Positions 1 to 10,485 of a DNA stretch of 64,000 nucleotides are shown here, piece by piece (the stretch's first letter is position 1; each line of letters opens with the position of its first letter). Where the stretch lies: the NCBI GenBank assembly GCA_029775855.1, contig JARVJZ010000001.1:64001-128000 (forward strand), given 5' to 3'. Below the pieces are notes generated by a model. The model searched no databases. It was not told the origin of the DNA and saw only the letters and a program-made list of their open reading frames with translations. The stretch is from Nitrososphaeria archaeon. Its GTDB lineage: Archaea > Thermoproteota > Nitrososphaeria > Nitrososphaerales > JAAOZN01. A program made the position numbers and the translations under genes.

Positions 1-1410
1 AAGATTAAACCCAAGGCATTAATCCTCTCGGGAGGACCAGCAAGCGTCTATGATAAAGCAGCACCCCTTCCAGACCAAGCAATATACGATCTAGGGATAC
101 CAATACTAGGCATATGCTATGGTCTTCAAATCATAGTTCATCAATTAGGCGGTGAAGTTGTTAGAGCGAATAAGCGAGAATACGGGAAGGCTACACTCAA
201 CATAACAGATACATCTGACATATTCAAAGGGTTTAAACCTAAAGCGGTATGCTGGATGAGCCACGGCGATAGAGCTACAAAACTACCTATAGGCTTCAAA
301 TCTATTGCTCACACTGATAACTCGCCATATGCAGCCATAAGAGATAAAGCGCGAAAGATCTACGCCCTACAATTTCATCCAGAAGTTTCCCACACACCTA
401 GAGGCAAGAAGATCTTGAGGAACTTCCTCTTCGAAGTCTGCAAATGCAAAGCAAGCTGGGAAATGCCTTCTTTTATTGAACGCTCTATAGAGGAAATAAG
501 GGCTAAAGTAGGTTCAGAGAGGGTTCTCTGCGCATTAAGCGGGGGTATTGACTCTTCTACAACAGCAGCGCTCATACATAAAGCGGTAGGCGACCAGCTC
601 ACATGCATATTCGTAGATCACGGATTGCTTCGAAAGGGTGAAGCTGATGAAGTTATTCGAACATTCAGAGACACCCTAGGTATAAGATTGATAACTATAA
701 ATGCATCAAAAAGGTTCTTAGATAGATTAAAAGGTGTTGTTGATCCAGAGGAGAAAAGGAAGATAATAGGAGAAGAATTCTTAAATGTATTCACCGAAGC
801 AAGCATAAAATATGGTCCATTTAAATGGCTTGCACAAGGGACTCTATATCCAGATGTAATAGAATCAGCAGCAAACCAAAGTCCAGCTTCAAAGATAAAG
901 ACGCACCACAATGTAGGCGGTCTTCCTGAGCAGATAGAGTTCAAGCTGCTTGAACCCCTCAGAGACCTTTACAAAGATGAAGTTAGACGACTAGCAACCC
1001 TACTTGGGCTACCAGACAGAATAGTGAAAAGACATCCCTTCCCAGGACCAGGGTTAGCGGTCAGAGTTATAGGTGAGGTTACAGAAGAGAAGCTTCAAGT
1101 TTGCAGAGAAGCCAGCAGCATAGTTGAAGAAGAGCTTCAGAAACATAACCTTTACGATAAAGTGTGGCAAGCGTTTGCTGTGGTAGGAGACGATAAAGCT
1201 GTTGGGGTGCTTGGCGATGCTAGAAGCTACGGTTACATTGTTTCTGTGCGTATAGTTCAATCAAGCGACGCTATGACTGCAGACTGGGTTAAATTGCCTT
1301 ATAGGGTGCTTGAGAGGATAAGTAGCCGAATTACTAATGAAATACCCGGAGTAACTTGGGTCACATATGTGATCTCAAGTAAGCCGCCTGCAACGATAGA
1401 ACCCCAGTGA
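1..1410 (+). CDS. guaA: GMP synthase (glutamine-hydrolysing), 5'-truncated by window edge
   Basis: Frame is open from base 1 ([17 protein letters not shown]...GICYG), then QFHPEV, PP-loop [21 protein letters not shown] and terminal KPPATIE. Confidence 0.97.
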   Translation, partial: KIKPKALILSGGPASVYDKAAPLPDQAIYDLGIPILGICYGLQIIVHQLGGEVVRANKREYGKATLNITDTSDIFKGFKPKAVCWMSHGDRATKLPIGFKSIAHTDNSPYAAIRDKARKIYALQFHPEVSHTPRGKKILRNFLFEVCKCKASWEMPSFIERSIEEIRAKVGSERVLCALSGGIDSSTTAALIHKAVGDQLTCIFVDHGLLRKGEADEVIRTFRDTLGIRLITINASKRFLDRLKGVVDPEEKRKIIGEEFLNVFTEASIKYGPFKWLAQGTLYPDVIESAANQSPASKIKTHHNVGGLPEQIEFKLLEPLRDLYKDEVRRLATLLGLPDRIVKRHPFPGPGLAVRVIGEVTEEKLQVCREASSIVEEELQKHNLYDKVWQAFAVVGDDKAVGVLGDARSYGYIVSVRIVQSSDAMTADWVKLPYRVLERISSRITNEIPGVTWVTYVISSKPPATIEPQ

Positions 1411-1412
1411 AC

Positions 1413-2648
1413 CTACCCCTTTCCGCTAATCCACTTAAAGATCAATGTGGTTGAGACAACCATTGTGGAGAAGCAGAGTGTAAAAGCCCAGAAATATGCA
1501 TCATAACCATAAATGCGTTCGCCAGCAACTACCATTTGAGGTGTGAAAAGGTCTATTACAAACCCCATCAGCGCTGGATAAGCGAAGGCGCCTAAAAATG
1601 CGAATGTGTTAACTATACTCAAGATTAAACCTAAGCTGTCTTCACCTCTCTCCTTCCTCAGAATAGCAGGCCAAATCGTGAAACCGCTTAACGCTAGCAT
1701 AGCTGAGGAGAAAGAGAGCGTTGTTAGTAGAACATCGCCCATAATAACTGTGTATAGCAAAGCAGCAAGCAGGAAAGTTGTAAGGAGGTGGCTAAACTTA
1801 TAGATTCTGCTCCAAGATCCTCTCCTATCTGCCAAGAGGCCCATAATGGGGCTTCCTATAGCCATCATGGCTGCTGGTATGGCTGCTACAATGCCCGAGA
1901 TATTCCTTTCAAGTCCGAATACATCGTAGAGATACTTGGGTATCCAGCTTACTAAGCCTACATAAGAGCCGTATGCAACCAAGACGGTAACATATATAAG
2001 TATAAGGTGAGGTGAAAAAAGTGTCTTTAACCTTATCATACTTGGTTCAGACGCGCTCTTAACATCTGCTTCTGTCACATTGCGTGCAATAAACAGAACA
2101 AAAAACAGATAAAAGATCAAGCTTGCTCCAGCAACGCCAATAAATGTTTGACGCCAGCTTAAACCTTGACCAAGCATCACACTAGGAATGATCATGCCCA
2201 GCAGACTTGAAGTATAACCCCAGCCTGTGTAGATTCCGACCACCTTCCCGTATGAGGCGCTTTTAAATGAGAGCGCAGTAGCCTTCAGACCAGCAACATA
2301 GACAGAAGCGATAGCCGCAGCCACCACTATCCTTGAAGCTATAAGCATATCAAAAGAAGGTGATATAGCAAATAGAAAGCACGCTACTACATAAAGAGGC
2401 ATAGTGAACAAGATCACTCTATTTGAACCATAGTTGTCTATGGCGACGCCATAAATTGGCTGAAGAAGACCATAAATAATAAAGTAAGATGATGTAAGCA
2501 CACCTACACCAAAGGCTGATACACCAAACTCTCTCATAAACTCTCCAGCAAGCGGTCCAATAGCTGTCCTATGGAATTGAGAAAAGAAGTATAGCCCCAT
2601 ATAGGTCGCTAAGATTAGAAGAGGGGGTATAGTAGTACTCTTCTGCAA
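1413..2648 (-). CDS. MFS transporter
   Basis: 411 aa, about 12 hydrophobic segments, motif-A-like GVAIDNYGSN and GLLADRRG. Confidence 0.9.
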   Translation of the reverse strand: MQKSTTIPPLLILATYMGLYFFSQFHRTAIGPLAGEFMREFGVSAFGVGVLTSSYFIIYGLLQPIYGVAIDNYGSNRVILFTMPLYVVACFLFAISPSFDMLIASRIVVAAAIASVYVAGLKATALSFKSASYGKVVGIYTGWGYTSSLLGMIIPSVMLGQGLSWRQTFIGVAGASLIFYLFFVLFIARNVTEADVKSASEPSMIRLKTLFSPHLILIYVTVLVAYGSYVGLVSWIPKYLYDVFGLERNISGIVAAIPAAMMAIGSPIMGLLADRRGSWSRIYKFSHLLTTFLLAALLYTVIMGDVLLTTLSFSSAMLALSGFTIWPAILRKERGEDSLGLILSIVNTFAFLGAFAYPALMGFVIDLFTPQMVVAGERIYGYDAYFWAFTLCFSTMVVSTTLIFKWISGKG

Positions 2649-2678
2649 TACTTATCTTCTCCTAAACTGTTAATTAGT

Positions 2679-4415
2679 TCAGCGGTCTGCATCAACCGCC
2701 CAATAGTTCAAGCTCCAGTGTATCACAGGGACATCAGCGATCCTATGCCCAGGAAGTATCTTCTTAACACCAGCTAACAAGTTTCTGAAAGAAGGTGTGT
2801 TGATCTTAACCCTATAAGGCTTCTCTTTTCCGTCACTAACAATATAAAATGAGATGCTGCCTCGTGCAGCCTCTGTTCGAGCATAGGCTTCACCAACCTT
2901 TCCCCTCACCCTTCCTCTGAAATGATACCTAACAGGACCAGGCTTCATCATCTTTACCGCTTGCCTAATTATTCTAAGACTCTGATACATCTCCATATAT
3001 GAAACCATGCACCTTGCATAAGAATCGCCATCCATCATAACCGGCACATCAAAATCGATTGTATCGTAAAGCGAGTAAGGCTCATCTTTGCGTGTATCAG
3101 AGTAAACACCAGAAGCCCTCAACGCAGGACCCACTATACCCAGATCTATAGCATCTTGCCTAGACAGCACACCGACACCTACCGTTCTATCCAAAAAGAG
3201 GGGGTTTTCAAAGTAGATCTCCCTATATCTATCTAAACGCTTTTCAAACTTATCACAAGCTTTAAGCACATAATCCTCCCAACCTTCAGGCGCATCGTTC
3301 CTAACCCCTCCAGGAACCAAGTAAGCGAATGTGACTCTAGCACCCCCTAGGCGCTGAGCAGCATCAATAATTATTTCGCGATCTCCCATAGCCCACATAA
3401 ACATAGTTGAATGACCTGTGAAGATCCCCATTATCCCAAGCCAATATGTGTGGTTAAGTATCCGGTTAAATTCTGCCATTATTATACGAAGATACTTTGC
3501 TCTTTCTGGAACCTTATCCGCTATGTCGAGAATTTCTTCTGCTGCTAGCACATAGGGGAAGATCATACCTGTGGAGTCGTGTATAGTTGGGCGTTCGAGT
3601 TGCGGGATATTCTGGAAGTAGTTTTTGTATTCACACATCTTCTCCTTTCCCCTATGCACATAACCGATATCCGGCTCAACTTCAGTCACGGTATCACCAT
3701 CCACACCTAAAACGAGGCGCATATGACCACTACCAGGATGCTGTATACCAAACGAAATCGCTATCGTTCTCTCATCTTTCTGAACCCAATCAAAGAGTTG
3801 CCTACCTAATGTATCATACTCAGGCACATCGAATGCTTGCTGGAACCTCTCTAAGAAACTAGGGTTTCTGACCTTCTTAAAGTCGTCAGCAGAAGGTATA
3901 CACTCAGGTGGTGGATGATGGAGAACTGCTCGTTCTATCTTAAGCCCAGCGTCTTCACGCTCCGCCGCTCCCCACTTCTTAACATGAAAATCTTTTCTGA
4001 GCGGGGGTATGTCGTCCCAATCATCAGGTAGAAGCAGTCTTGCCAGCTGAGGGTGCCCTTCAAACCGTATACCAAGCATCTCATACTCTTCCCTCTCGTG
4101 GAAGTAGGCGCCTGGCCAGATGTTAGTGAGTGTTGGAAAAATTGGTTCACCTCTAGGTATTCTACTTCCCAAGATCACGACTTTGGATTTCAGCTCTTCT
4201 CTAACTGAACCCACAAAATACAAAACTTCAATTGTGTTATCGGCGGGGTAGTCTGTGCCACAGACCGACTCTATATGGTCGAACCCGTAGCGCTTCACCA
4301 ACTCACCAATTTTTATAACGCTCTCTACAGGTGCTAGGATCTTAACTCTATTACCTTGAATGCTACATTTGGTCTCAGGAGCTACCTTTAGAGCTTCATC
4401 TATAAGATCCTTCAA
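2679..4415 (-). CDS. nuoCD: NADH:quinone oxidoreductase-like fused subunit C/D
   Basis: NuoC motif EREEYEMLGIRFEGHP...PLRKDF; NuoD motifs QHPGSGH, GYVHRGKEK, EAARG, PYRVK and C-terminal DADR; no NiFe CxxC motifs. Confidence 0.92.
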   Translation of the reverse strand: MKDLIDEALKVAPETKCSIQGNRVKILAPVESVIKIGELVKRYGFDHIESVCGTDYPADNTIEVLYFVGSVREELKSKVVILGSRIPRGEPIFPTLTNIWPGAYFHEREEYEMLGIRFEGHPQLARLLLPDDWDDIPPLRKDFHVKKWGAAEREDAGLKIERAVLHHPPPECIPSADDFKKVRNPSFLERFQQAFDVPEYDTLGRQLFDWVQKDERTIAISFGIQHPGSGHMRLVLGVDGDTVTEVEPDIGYVHRGKEKMCEYKNYFQNIPQLERPTIHDSTGMIFPYVLAAEEILDIADKVPERAKYLRIIMAEFNRILNHTYWLGIMGIFTGHSTMFMWAMGDREIIIDAAQRLGGARVTFAYLVPGGVRNDAPEGWEDYVLKACDKFEKRLDRYREIYFENPLFLDRTVGVGVLSRQDAIDLGIVGPALRASGVYSDTRKDEPYSLYDTIDFDVPVMMDGDSYARCMVSYMEMYQSLRIIRQAVKMMKPGPVRYHFRGRVRGKVGEAYARTEAARGSISFYIVSDGKEKPYRVKINTPSFRNLLAGVKKILPGHRIADVPVIHWSLNYWAVDADR

Positions 4416-4912
4416 CCCTCAACTCGCTCCTTCCTTTTACCTACCACATATGAAGGCTTGCCAACTGCTGGCTGAATACTCAACTCGAGCGGCGAGTAGT
4501 AGAGCTTCTTTCTATCATAGTCCGCAAGCCTAATTTCAGGGGTCATATGAAGGCATTCAAATGGGCAAGCATCAACACATAACCCACAGAAGACACACCT
4601 ACCGTAATCCACTGAGGGAAAGAGGCTCTTTTTGTTCTGTTCAAACCTAACCTCAGGCACCTCAACCATAATTATAGCGTTACTTATCTCATCACACATA
4701 AAAGAGCAGAGTTGGCAACCAGTACATTTGTCCATCTCAAGATAGTGGCGACCCTTCCAACCAGCTGTCGCAACACCCTTCTTAGGGTCAAAAGAATAGT
4801 ATCCTTCAGGCAACCCACTATCAACCTCAGGATATCTTCTCGTAACTCGACTATAGAATAAGTGCCGCAATCCACTCTGCATAGCTTTAATAATCTTTAA
4901 CGCCTCCACCAT
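4412..4912 (-). CDS. nuoI: Complex I subunit I-like 2x[4Fe-4S] protein
   Basis: TRRYPE...GRH, CTGCQLCSFMC and CVFCGLCVDACP. Confidence 0.9.
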   Translation of the reverse strand: MVEALKIIKAMQSGLRHLFYSRVTRRYPEVDSGLPEGYYSFDPKKGVATAGWKGRHYLEMDKCTGCQLCSFMCDEISNAIIMVEVPEVRFEQNKKSLFPSVDYGRCVFCGLCVDACPFECLHMTPEIRLADYDRKKLYYSPLELSIQPAVGKPSYVVGKRKERVEG

Positions 4913-4915
4913 TTT

Positions 4916-5566
4916 TCACCTAAACCTCCATTTAGGTGAAAGGCGTAGATACGCCTCAGAAGCAACACGGCCTTTCAAATCCATACAACGAATCTTCTCC
5001 TGCAACTTAACTATCGCATCTATAACTGCTGGAGCTGGGGGTGGACAACCTGGAATATACACATCGACTGGTATTATCTTGTCGACACCTTGAAGCACAT
5101 TATAAGACTGCTCATATAACCCTCCAGATATAGCACAAGCACCCATCGCTATGCAGAACTTCGGCTCAGGCATCTGATCCCAGATCAGCTTCAGCCTAGG
5201 TGCGAGTTTTCTCGTAACTGTGCCCATAACTAACATAAGGTCACATTGCCTTAAACTTCCAAAGGCTTCGAGGACGCCGAAGCGCTCTATATCCCATCTT
5301 GAACCAGCTGATGCTCCTATCTCTACACTACAGCAAGCGGTCTCCACATGCGTTGGCCAAAGTGAGTAGAGTCTTCCCCAGTTAACTAGATAGGTTAGCG
5401 GCTCCCCTATAATATAGTCGAATGTTCTTCTGAGTAAACTCTTAGGTTTGATAACTTCATCGACTTTACCTACCAGCACACCAGTTGGCTGAGGGCCTTC
5501 TTTTCTGCTTTGAATAATCGCTTCAATCGCCCTTGCGTCTATCTTACTTTGCATAACATTAAGCAC
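4916..5566 (-). CDS. nuoB: Complex I subunit B (N2 cluster)
   Basis: TACCSVE tandem Cys, MGACAISGG, PVDVYIPGCPP. Confidence 0.93.
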   Translation of the reverse strand: MLNVMQSKIDARAIEAIIQSRKEGPQPTGVLVGKVDEVIKPKSLLRRTFDYIIGEPLTYLVNWGRLYSLWPTHVETACCSVEIGASAGSRWDIERFGVLEAFGSLRQCDLMLVMGTVTRKLAPRLKLIWDQMPEPKFCIAMGACAISGGLYEQSYNVLQGVDKIIPVDVYIPGCPPPAPAVIDAIVKLQEKIRCMDLKGRVASEAYLRLSPKWRFR

Positions 5567-5654
5567 CCTCTCACTATCAACTATATATGTTTGCGCATAT
5601 TAAAGCATAAGTAGTTGTCTTAAGCGCTATTATAAGACTAACTTTGGTTAAGAG

Positions 5655-6674
5655 GTGTTTGCTCTTTTGGTTGAGATAAGAAAAGACTATTTTACAGAGT
5701 CCCTATGCATAGTGGGCGACGAAAGTATTGGCTGGGGTAGCGAGCAAGAAGAGACTGTTTGCCCCTATTGCGCTGGCAACGAGCATCTTACACCACCAGC
5801 CGAACTGATTCTACTGCAGTCACAAGGGTCGTTAGTTAAGACTTGTGATAGCGAAGATGAAAGGATTAAAAACTGGTCTATTAGAGTTATCCCAAGCAGA
5901 AAACCCTTCGTTAGCACCTCTCCTACTCAAAGGTATAACGATGCGCCTCTTTACAGCGAGCCGGCATTCGGCTACCATTATGAAATAGTTGCAACGCCTA
6001 GCCACTCAGAAACTCTATCAACCATAAGTGTTGAACAATGGTCAAATATACTAAGAGTGATTCAAGACAGGATGAAGTGGCTTTATGGCAAGAAAGGCGT
6101 TACCTATGTATCAGTTTACGCTGAGCATAAATGTGAACATGCGAGATTTAATGTGGTCACGCTTCCTAAGCTTCCTCCAATAATAGAGCAAGAAGCCACA
6201 ACCTTTCAAAAGACATATCACGAGACAGCTGTATGTCCAATGTGTAATGTTGTGTCAATTGAGACAGGGGGGCCTAGGCAGATACTATTGAGTGAGCACT
6301 ATATCGTATTTTCACCTTGGGCGCCCTCGACTCTACATGAGTTTTGGATCTTCCCGAGGAAGCATCAGACCAGTTTCCTTAAGGTGGGGCAGAAGGAGTT
6401 AAATGACCTTTCGCTAGTTATGCGTGCTGTATTAGGTGCATTTGATAAGACTTTTAACTCTATACCATATACATTGGTGCTGCATTCGTCTTCTGAAAAG
6501 AAGGTGTCCAAGCAGCTGCATTGGCACTTCGAAGTGCATACTAACATTTCTTTGGGGAACTCCTTACATGTGGGTACTGGTTTATACTTTAATTCTATTT
6601 CACCTGAGCAGACTGCTAGTAAGCTTGGTTCTGCTGCTAGAAGGGAGTTGGCTACGCTTGTTGGTGTAGCCTAA
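5655..6674 (+). CDS. GalT-like (HIT superfamily) protein with degenerate active-site motif
   Basis: CPYCAGNEHLTPP, CPMC, WIFPRKH and LHWHFE match galactose-1-phosphate uridylyltransferase-like proteins, but HxHxQ reads HARFN. Confidence 0.8.
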   Translation: MFALLVEIRKDYFTESLCIVGDESIGWGSEQEETVCPYCAGNEHLTPPAELILLQSQGSLVKTCDSEDERIKNWSIRVIPSRKPFVSTSPTQRYNDAPLYSEPAFGYHYEIVATPSHSETLSTISVEQWSNILRVIQDRMKWLYGKKGVTYVSVYAEHKCEHARFNVVTLPKLPPIIEQEATTFQKTYHETAVCPMCNVVSIETGGPRQILLSEHYIVFSPWAPSTLHEFWIFPRKHQTSFLKVGQKELNDLSLVMRAVLGAFDKTFNSIPYTLVLHSSSEKKVSKQLHWHFEVHTNISLGNSLHVGTGLYFNSISPEQTASKLGSAARRELATLVGVA

Positions 6675-7695
6675 TTCTGTTTTTTAGCAGTGTTATGTTT
6701 GGTGTAGGTGCTGGTGGTATGCCTCGTAGTACTGCTAGGTATAGTGTCGTGTATTCTAGTAGGTATAGTGTTGACATTAATTTCTTGAATAGTGTATCTT
6801 CCTTTGTATATATGATGTGATATTTGGAGCCCGCTTTTTCTACGAGCTCCATAAGTGTGTCGAATCTCTTCTTTAACTTTACATCTCGCTCTTCTAATAT
6901 GAAGAGTGCTCTTGTGTTCAAGGCGCTTGGATACCATGCTTCGATATCGTTGTGGCAAGCTTCCGGCAGCACTTCTACTAACGCGTGCATCTTAGCATTT
7001 TCGTTAAGTGAATTCTTGAATCTTATGAGCACCCCTCTATATTCTTGAGTACCATAGATTATAGGGTATCCGTCATGTAGATGATAGGCTATCTGCTTTG
7101 CTTCATTCATTTCCAAATTATTTAATACACCTATAGAACTCCTTACTCTGCGTAAAGTATCTATAGCGTTATTAAGTTCATATGCTGAAACTAATTCATA
7201 TCCGAGTTTGCTTAATATGATTAGGGTTGAGTAGAGTATAGATGGCAGTGCGGTTCTTGGCGTTAAAGCCTTGCCCAGCTTCACATGCTTTATGCCGTTC
7301 TCTACACAGATCTTTTCAAGCCTCCCGCCTGAGGAGAGTCCAACTACTATGCAGTTCCGCTTTAGAGCATCCTCTAAGGCTGTTAAAGTTTCTTCAGTTT
7401 CACCAGAGTAGCTGACGGCTAAGACTAAAGTCGAGCTATCTACGAAGTTTGGTAAATGGTAGCCCTTTACTACGAAGATTGGTGGGATATCTTGTTTATT
7501 GAAGGATAAGTCTTGTATGATGTCGCCAGCACATCCTGAGCCACCCATACCACAGTAAACAATCTTATCCACTTCTCTCTCTTTAAGGTCTACTACAATC
7601 TTCATGGCTTGCTCTGCTTGCTCAGGCCAACTCTCATAATCTTTGTATAGCCCTTCTCTATCTATACGCTCAACATCATCTTTTGTGGGTTTCAT
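6652..7695 (-). CDS. Bifunctional phosphoglucose/phosphomannose isomerase (SIS fold)
   Basis: GMGGSG, SYSGETEET, NENAK, PEACHN; ATG at 7695 overlaps the upstream stop (ATGA). Confidence 0.9.
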   Translation of the reverse strand: MKPTKDDVERIDREGLYKDYESWPEQAEQAMKIVVDLKEREVDKIVYCGMGGSGCAGDIIQDLSFNKQDIPPIFVVKGYHLPNFVDSSTLVLAVSYSGETEETLTALEDALKRNCIVVGLSSGGRLEKICVENGIKHVKLGKALTPRTALPSILYSTLIILSKLGYELVSAYELNNAIDTLRRVRSSIGVLNNLEMNEAKQIAYHLHDGYPIIYGTQEYRGVLIRFKNSLNENAKMHALVEVLPEACHNDIEAWYPSALNTRALFILEERDVKLKKRFDTLMELVEKAGSKYHIIYTKEDTLFKKLMSTLYLLEYTTLYLAVLRGIPPAPTPNITLLKNRIRLHQQA

Positions 7696-8948
7696 ATTAT
7701 CCACCCTTTTTTGCACATTTGAAAGAGCTTCTCTATCATTTTCAAGTATGCTTCGGTTGGGTCTTTTCCTCTTCTATTCATCATCCTTCTTTGAACCTTT
7801 ATTGCTTCCTCTAAACTCAGAGTTTCGATGCCAGCATTAAGCCCCTTAGGACAGAATGTGAAGGGTTGAATATCTGAGTCTATCAACCCACCTATATGGC
7901 TATGTGGGCCTATCTTTTTACCTGTGGTTATTTGTGTGCCTATTGAAGTCTTCACCCCATCGCCTACGAAGCAGCCTACTTTTACACGCTTCGTGTTTAT
8001 AGTGTTCTCTCCTATGTTGACTTTCACTTCACCGTATGTGTTTTTGAGGTCGGAATTGTTGGTTCCAGCACCTATATTTACCCACTCTCCTATGATTGAG
8101 TGCCCTATGTATCCTAGGTGAGCCTTGTTGGTATAGTTTAAGATTATTGAGTTAGAGACTTCGCCGCCTATCTTACACCCTTCACCTATTACACTACCTT
8201 CTATTGTAGAGAATGATTTAATGAGGCTATGTTTCCCTATGTAAGCCGGGCCAGAAATTCTTGTGGAGAATTGGATTTCACATCCTCCATCTACAATTAC
8301 AGGTCCTCTGCGTGTATCAAATATGGTGAAGCCTTCTAGCAACGCACCTTCGGCTATCCTCAACGCTGACCTATCACCCTTAACTTGGATGTTTGCGGCA
8401 TCAATCTTAGACGCATTAAACCTCTCTTCCTTTAAATCATCCATTAACGCGGATTCGATAAGCTCTATAAGGTGCCAAGGGTATCTTGCTCTAAGAACAT
8501 TCGGCGTCTCATAGGTAATTGTGGTATCTGTTAGTAGATGAGAGTAGGATTTACATTCTCTCACAGCTCGCGTAATCTCATCTAGCTTAGGTTCACCTAC
8601 CTTAGCAGCCGCGACAACATCTTGATCTAAGATTATGATATCTTTGTTTTTTGAAACCATCTTCTCCAGTAAATCTTTGCGGCTGGCGTCAAATAGTCCG
8701 TTTACCATTATCGCCTCTGCATCCACTGACTCAGGGTTCACATCTAGGTTAGGGTTCCTCTCCTTAACAACATCCTTTAGATATTCTGGCACCATCAAAC
8801 TAACATGGCTTGGTTTTAGAGCATCAAGAAGCCTATCTAATATGCTCTTCACACCTAACGGAAGTTCAAACGCTGCTCTAGTATAGGTGAGAGGCTTAAA
8901 ATTAGACGATAGGACCGGGTCGTCAAAGACTATAAGGTTTAACCTCAA
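7692..8948 (-). CDS. GlmU-related sugar nucleotidyl/acyltransferase with left-handed beta-helix
   Basis: PLTYTR N-terminus, hexapeptide repeats, NKAHLGYIGHSIIGEWVNIGAGT. Confidence 0.85.
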   Translation of the reverse strand: MRLNLIVFDDPVLSSNFKPLTYTRAAFELPLGVKSILDRLLDALKPSHVSLMVPEYLKDVVKERNPNLDVNPESVDAEAIMVNGLFDASRKDLLEKMVSKNKDIIILDQDVVAAAKVGEPKLDEITRAVRECKSYSHLLTDTTITYETPNVLRARYPWHLIELIESALMDDLKEERFNASKIDAANIQVKGDRSALRIAEGALLEGFTIFDTRRGPVIVDGGCEIQFSTRISGPAYIGKHSLIKSFSTIEGSVIGEGCKIGGEVSNSIILNYTNKAHLGYIGHSIIGEWVNIGAGTNNSDLKNTYGEVKVNIGENTINTKRVKVGCFVGDGVKTSIGTQITTGKKIGPHSHIGGLIDSDIQPFTFCPKGLNAGIETLSLEEAIKVQRRMMNRRGKDPTEAYLKMIEKLFQMCKKGWII

Positions 8949-8964
8949 GGGTGCATCGACTTAT

Positions 8965-9669
8965 CTAAAGGATTTTACCAAGTCTCTCAAGATACTTTCT
9001 GTATGCCAAAGCATACGACTTCTTGTCGCCTATGTCTATGAACCCATCTTCTACAACATAACCATAAATCCGTGCTCCACTCTTTATCATATTTTGAAAG
9101 GCCAAATCCATACTATAAACCACACCTTCAGGAATATAGTTGAAGATCTTGGGTTCCATAAAGTAGCAACCTATGTTAATCAATCCTCCAAATTCAGGCT
9201 TCTCTCTCCAGTTTTTCACAAAGCAGTCAGCGTCAACATCTATGAGACCATATTTTAACGCTACCTTGTATTGTTTTAACGCTATAGTTGCATCAGCCTT
9301 CTTCTCTTTATGCTTGTTGACCAAATCTTGTAGGTTAAAGTCAAAGATTGTGTCACCATAGACACATAAGAAGGCTTCATCTATAAAAGGTGCGGCGCTT
9401 TTTAGCTGCCCAGCTGTGCCCATAGGCCTACTTGTGCGTATGTAATTAATTTTAACACTGAATTCTGAACCATCCTTAAAGTATTCTTCAATCGTCCTCC
9501 TTAAGTAGCCTACGCACATGTATATGTCTGTGAAACCAAATTTTTTAAGCCAATCTAACACATACTCTAAGACTGGTCTTTCACCCAAGGGTAGCATCGG
9601 CTTAGGTAGAAAGAGTGTATATGGTCTAAGCCTTGTTCCTAACCCAGCGGCGAGTATAACAGCTTTCAA
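8965..9669 (-). CDS. NDP-sugar pyrophosphorylase (mannose-1-phosphate guanylyltransferase-like)
   Basis: ILAAGLGTRLRP...PKPMLP, GTAG, EKP, DIG. Confidence 0.92.
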   Translation of the reverse strand: MKAVILAAGLGTRLRPYTLFLPKPMLPLGERPVLEYVLDWLKKFGFTDIYMCVGYLRRTIEEYFKDGSEFSVKINYIRTSRPMGTAGQLKSAAPFIDEAFLCVYGDTIFDFNLQDLVNKHKEKKADATIALKQYKVALKYGLIDVDADCFVKNWREKPEFGGLINIGCYFMEPKIFNYIPEGVVYSMDLAFQNMIKSGARIYGYVVEDGFIDIGDKKSYALAYRKYLERLGKIL

Positions 9670-9726
9670 TTGACGACCACACAGAACCTAAATAAGCCAC
9701 TGTTAGTTAAAGTTTACACCAACATC

Positions 9727-10419
9727 CTACACGACGCCTTCAAAGATCTTAGAGCGGTACTCAGCCAAAACTAATTTTATGCTCTCAATAGAAGACCCTA
9801 AAGATAAGGAGTTAAGTATTACACCCCTACAACCTGTCTGACGCAAGATAGGTAAGAACTTAGGTTCAAATATCTTCTGAACCAGATCCAACACAGGCTT
9901 CTCCGAAAGTGACACAAGAAGCCTCAATGTGCCCAAATCCAGTGCACTCATATTCTGAGCTACTGCTTGGGAAGGTGTTATAGCCGCAACTAACGCATCT
10001 ATATTCGGGTCTTTAGACAACGCCCTAACCTGCTCAATAACATATCCAGCACCTACAGCAGCCAGCTTAGAAACTCTTGTATCAGCTAGAGCGAGTAGAG
10101 GCATCTGGTGTGCAAACATGATGAGAAAGTCTATGCCCGCCTCCACAACTCTCTCCCATTCTTCTGCTTCGATATGTATAGTGTCTCCTAGATATAGACC
10201 GACTGGTACGCTTACGGTTGATGCTACACTGCGAATACCTTCTTCTTCCAACTCAAAGTCTCCAAATCTATTTGCTCCAAAATCCGATGCGCCAGCACTT
10301 ACAATTATAGCGTCTGAACCTCCTTCCTCAGCTGCGGCTGCTAGGTCAACTCTATTCGCCAATAGAGCTGTTAGGAAAACAAAATTCTTTTCTGAAATTA
10401 TCTTTGTGATTTTAGGCAA
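9727..10419 (-). CDS. Hypothetical protein, probable (beta/alpha) barrel
   Basis: 230 aa with alternating beta/alpha pattern (AAEEGGSDAII, VPVGL, EAGIDF, GCRGVIL). Confidence 0.6.
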   Translation of the reverse strand: MPKITKIISEKNFVFLTALLANRVDLAAAAEEGGSDAIIVSAGASDFGANRFGDFELEEEGIRSVASTVSVPVGLYLGDTIHIEAEEWERVVEAGIDFLIMFAHQMPLLALADTRVSKLAAVGAGYVIEQVRALSKDPNIDALVAAITPSQAVAQNMSALDLGTLRLLVSLSEKPVLDLVQKIFEPKFLPILRQTGCRGVILNSLSLGSSIESIKLVLAEYRSKIFEGVV

Positions 10420-10485
10420 GAGTTAAACCTCGCGTCGCATCCTTCTCTAAGATTCATGCCTATTGATTTAAATTGTTTGTTAATT

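Noticed and set aside
2679-4415. Group-4 [NiFe] hydrogenase large subunit
   Set aside because: Neither CxxC nickel-binding motif is present; it ends in the NuoD-type DADR.
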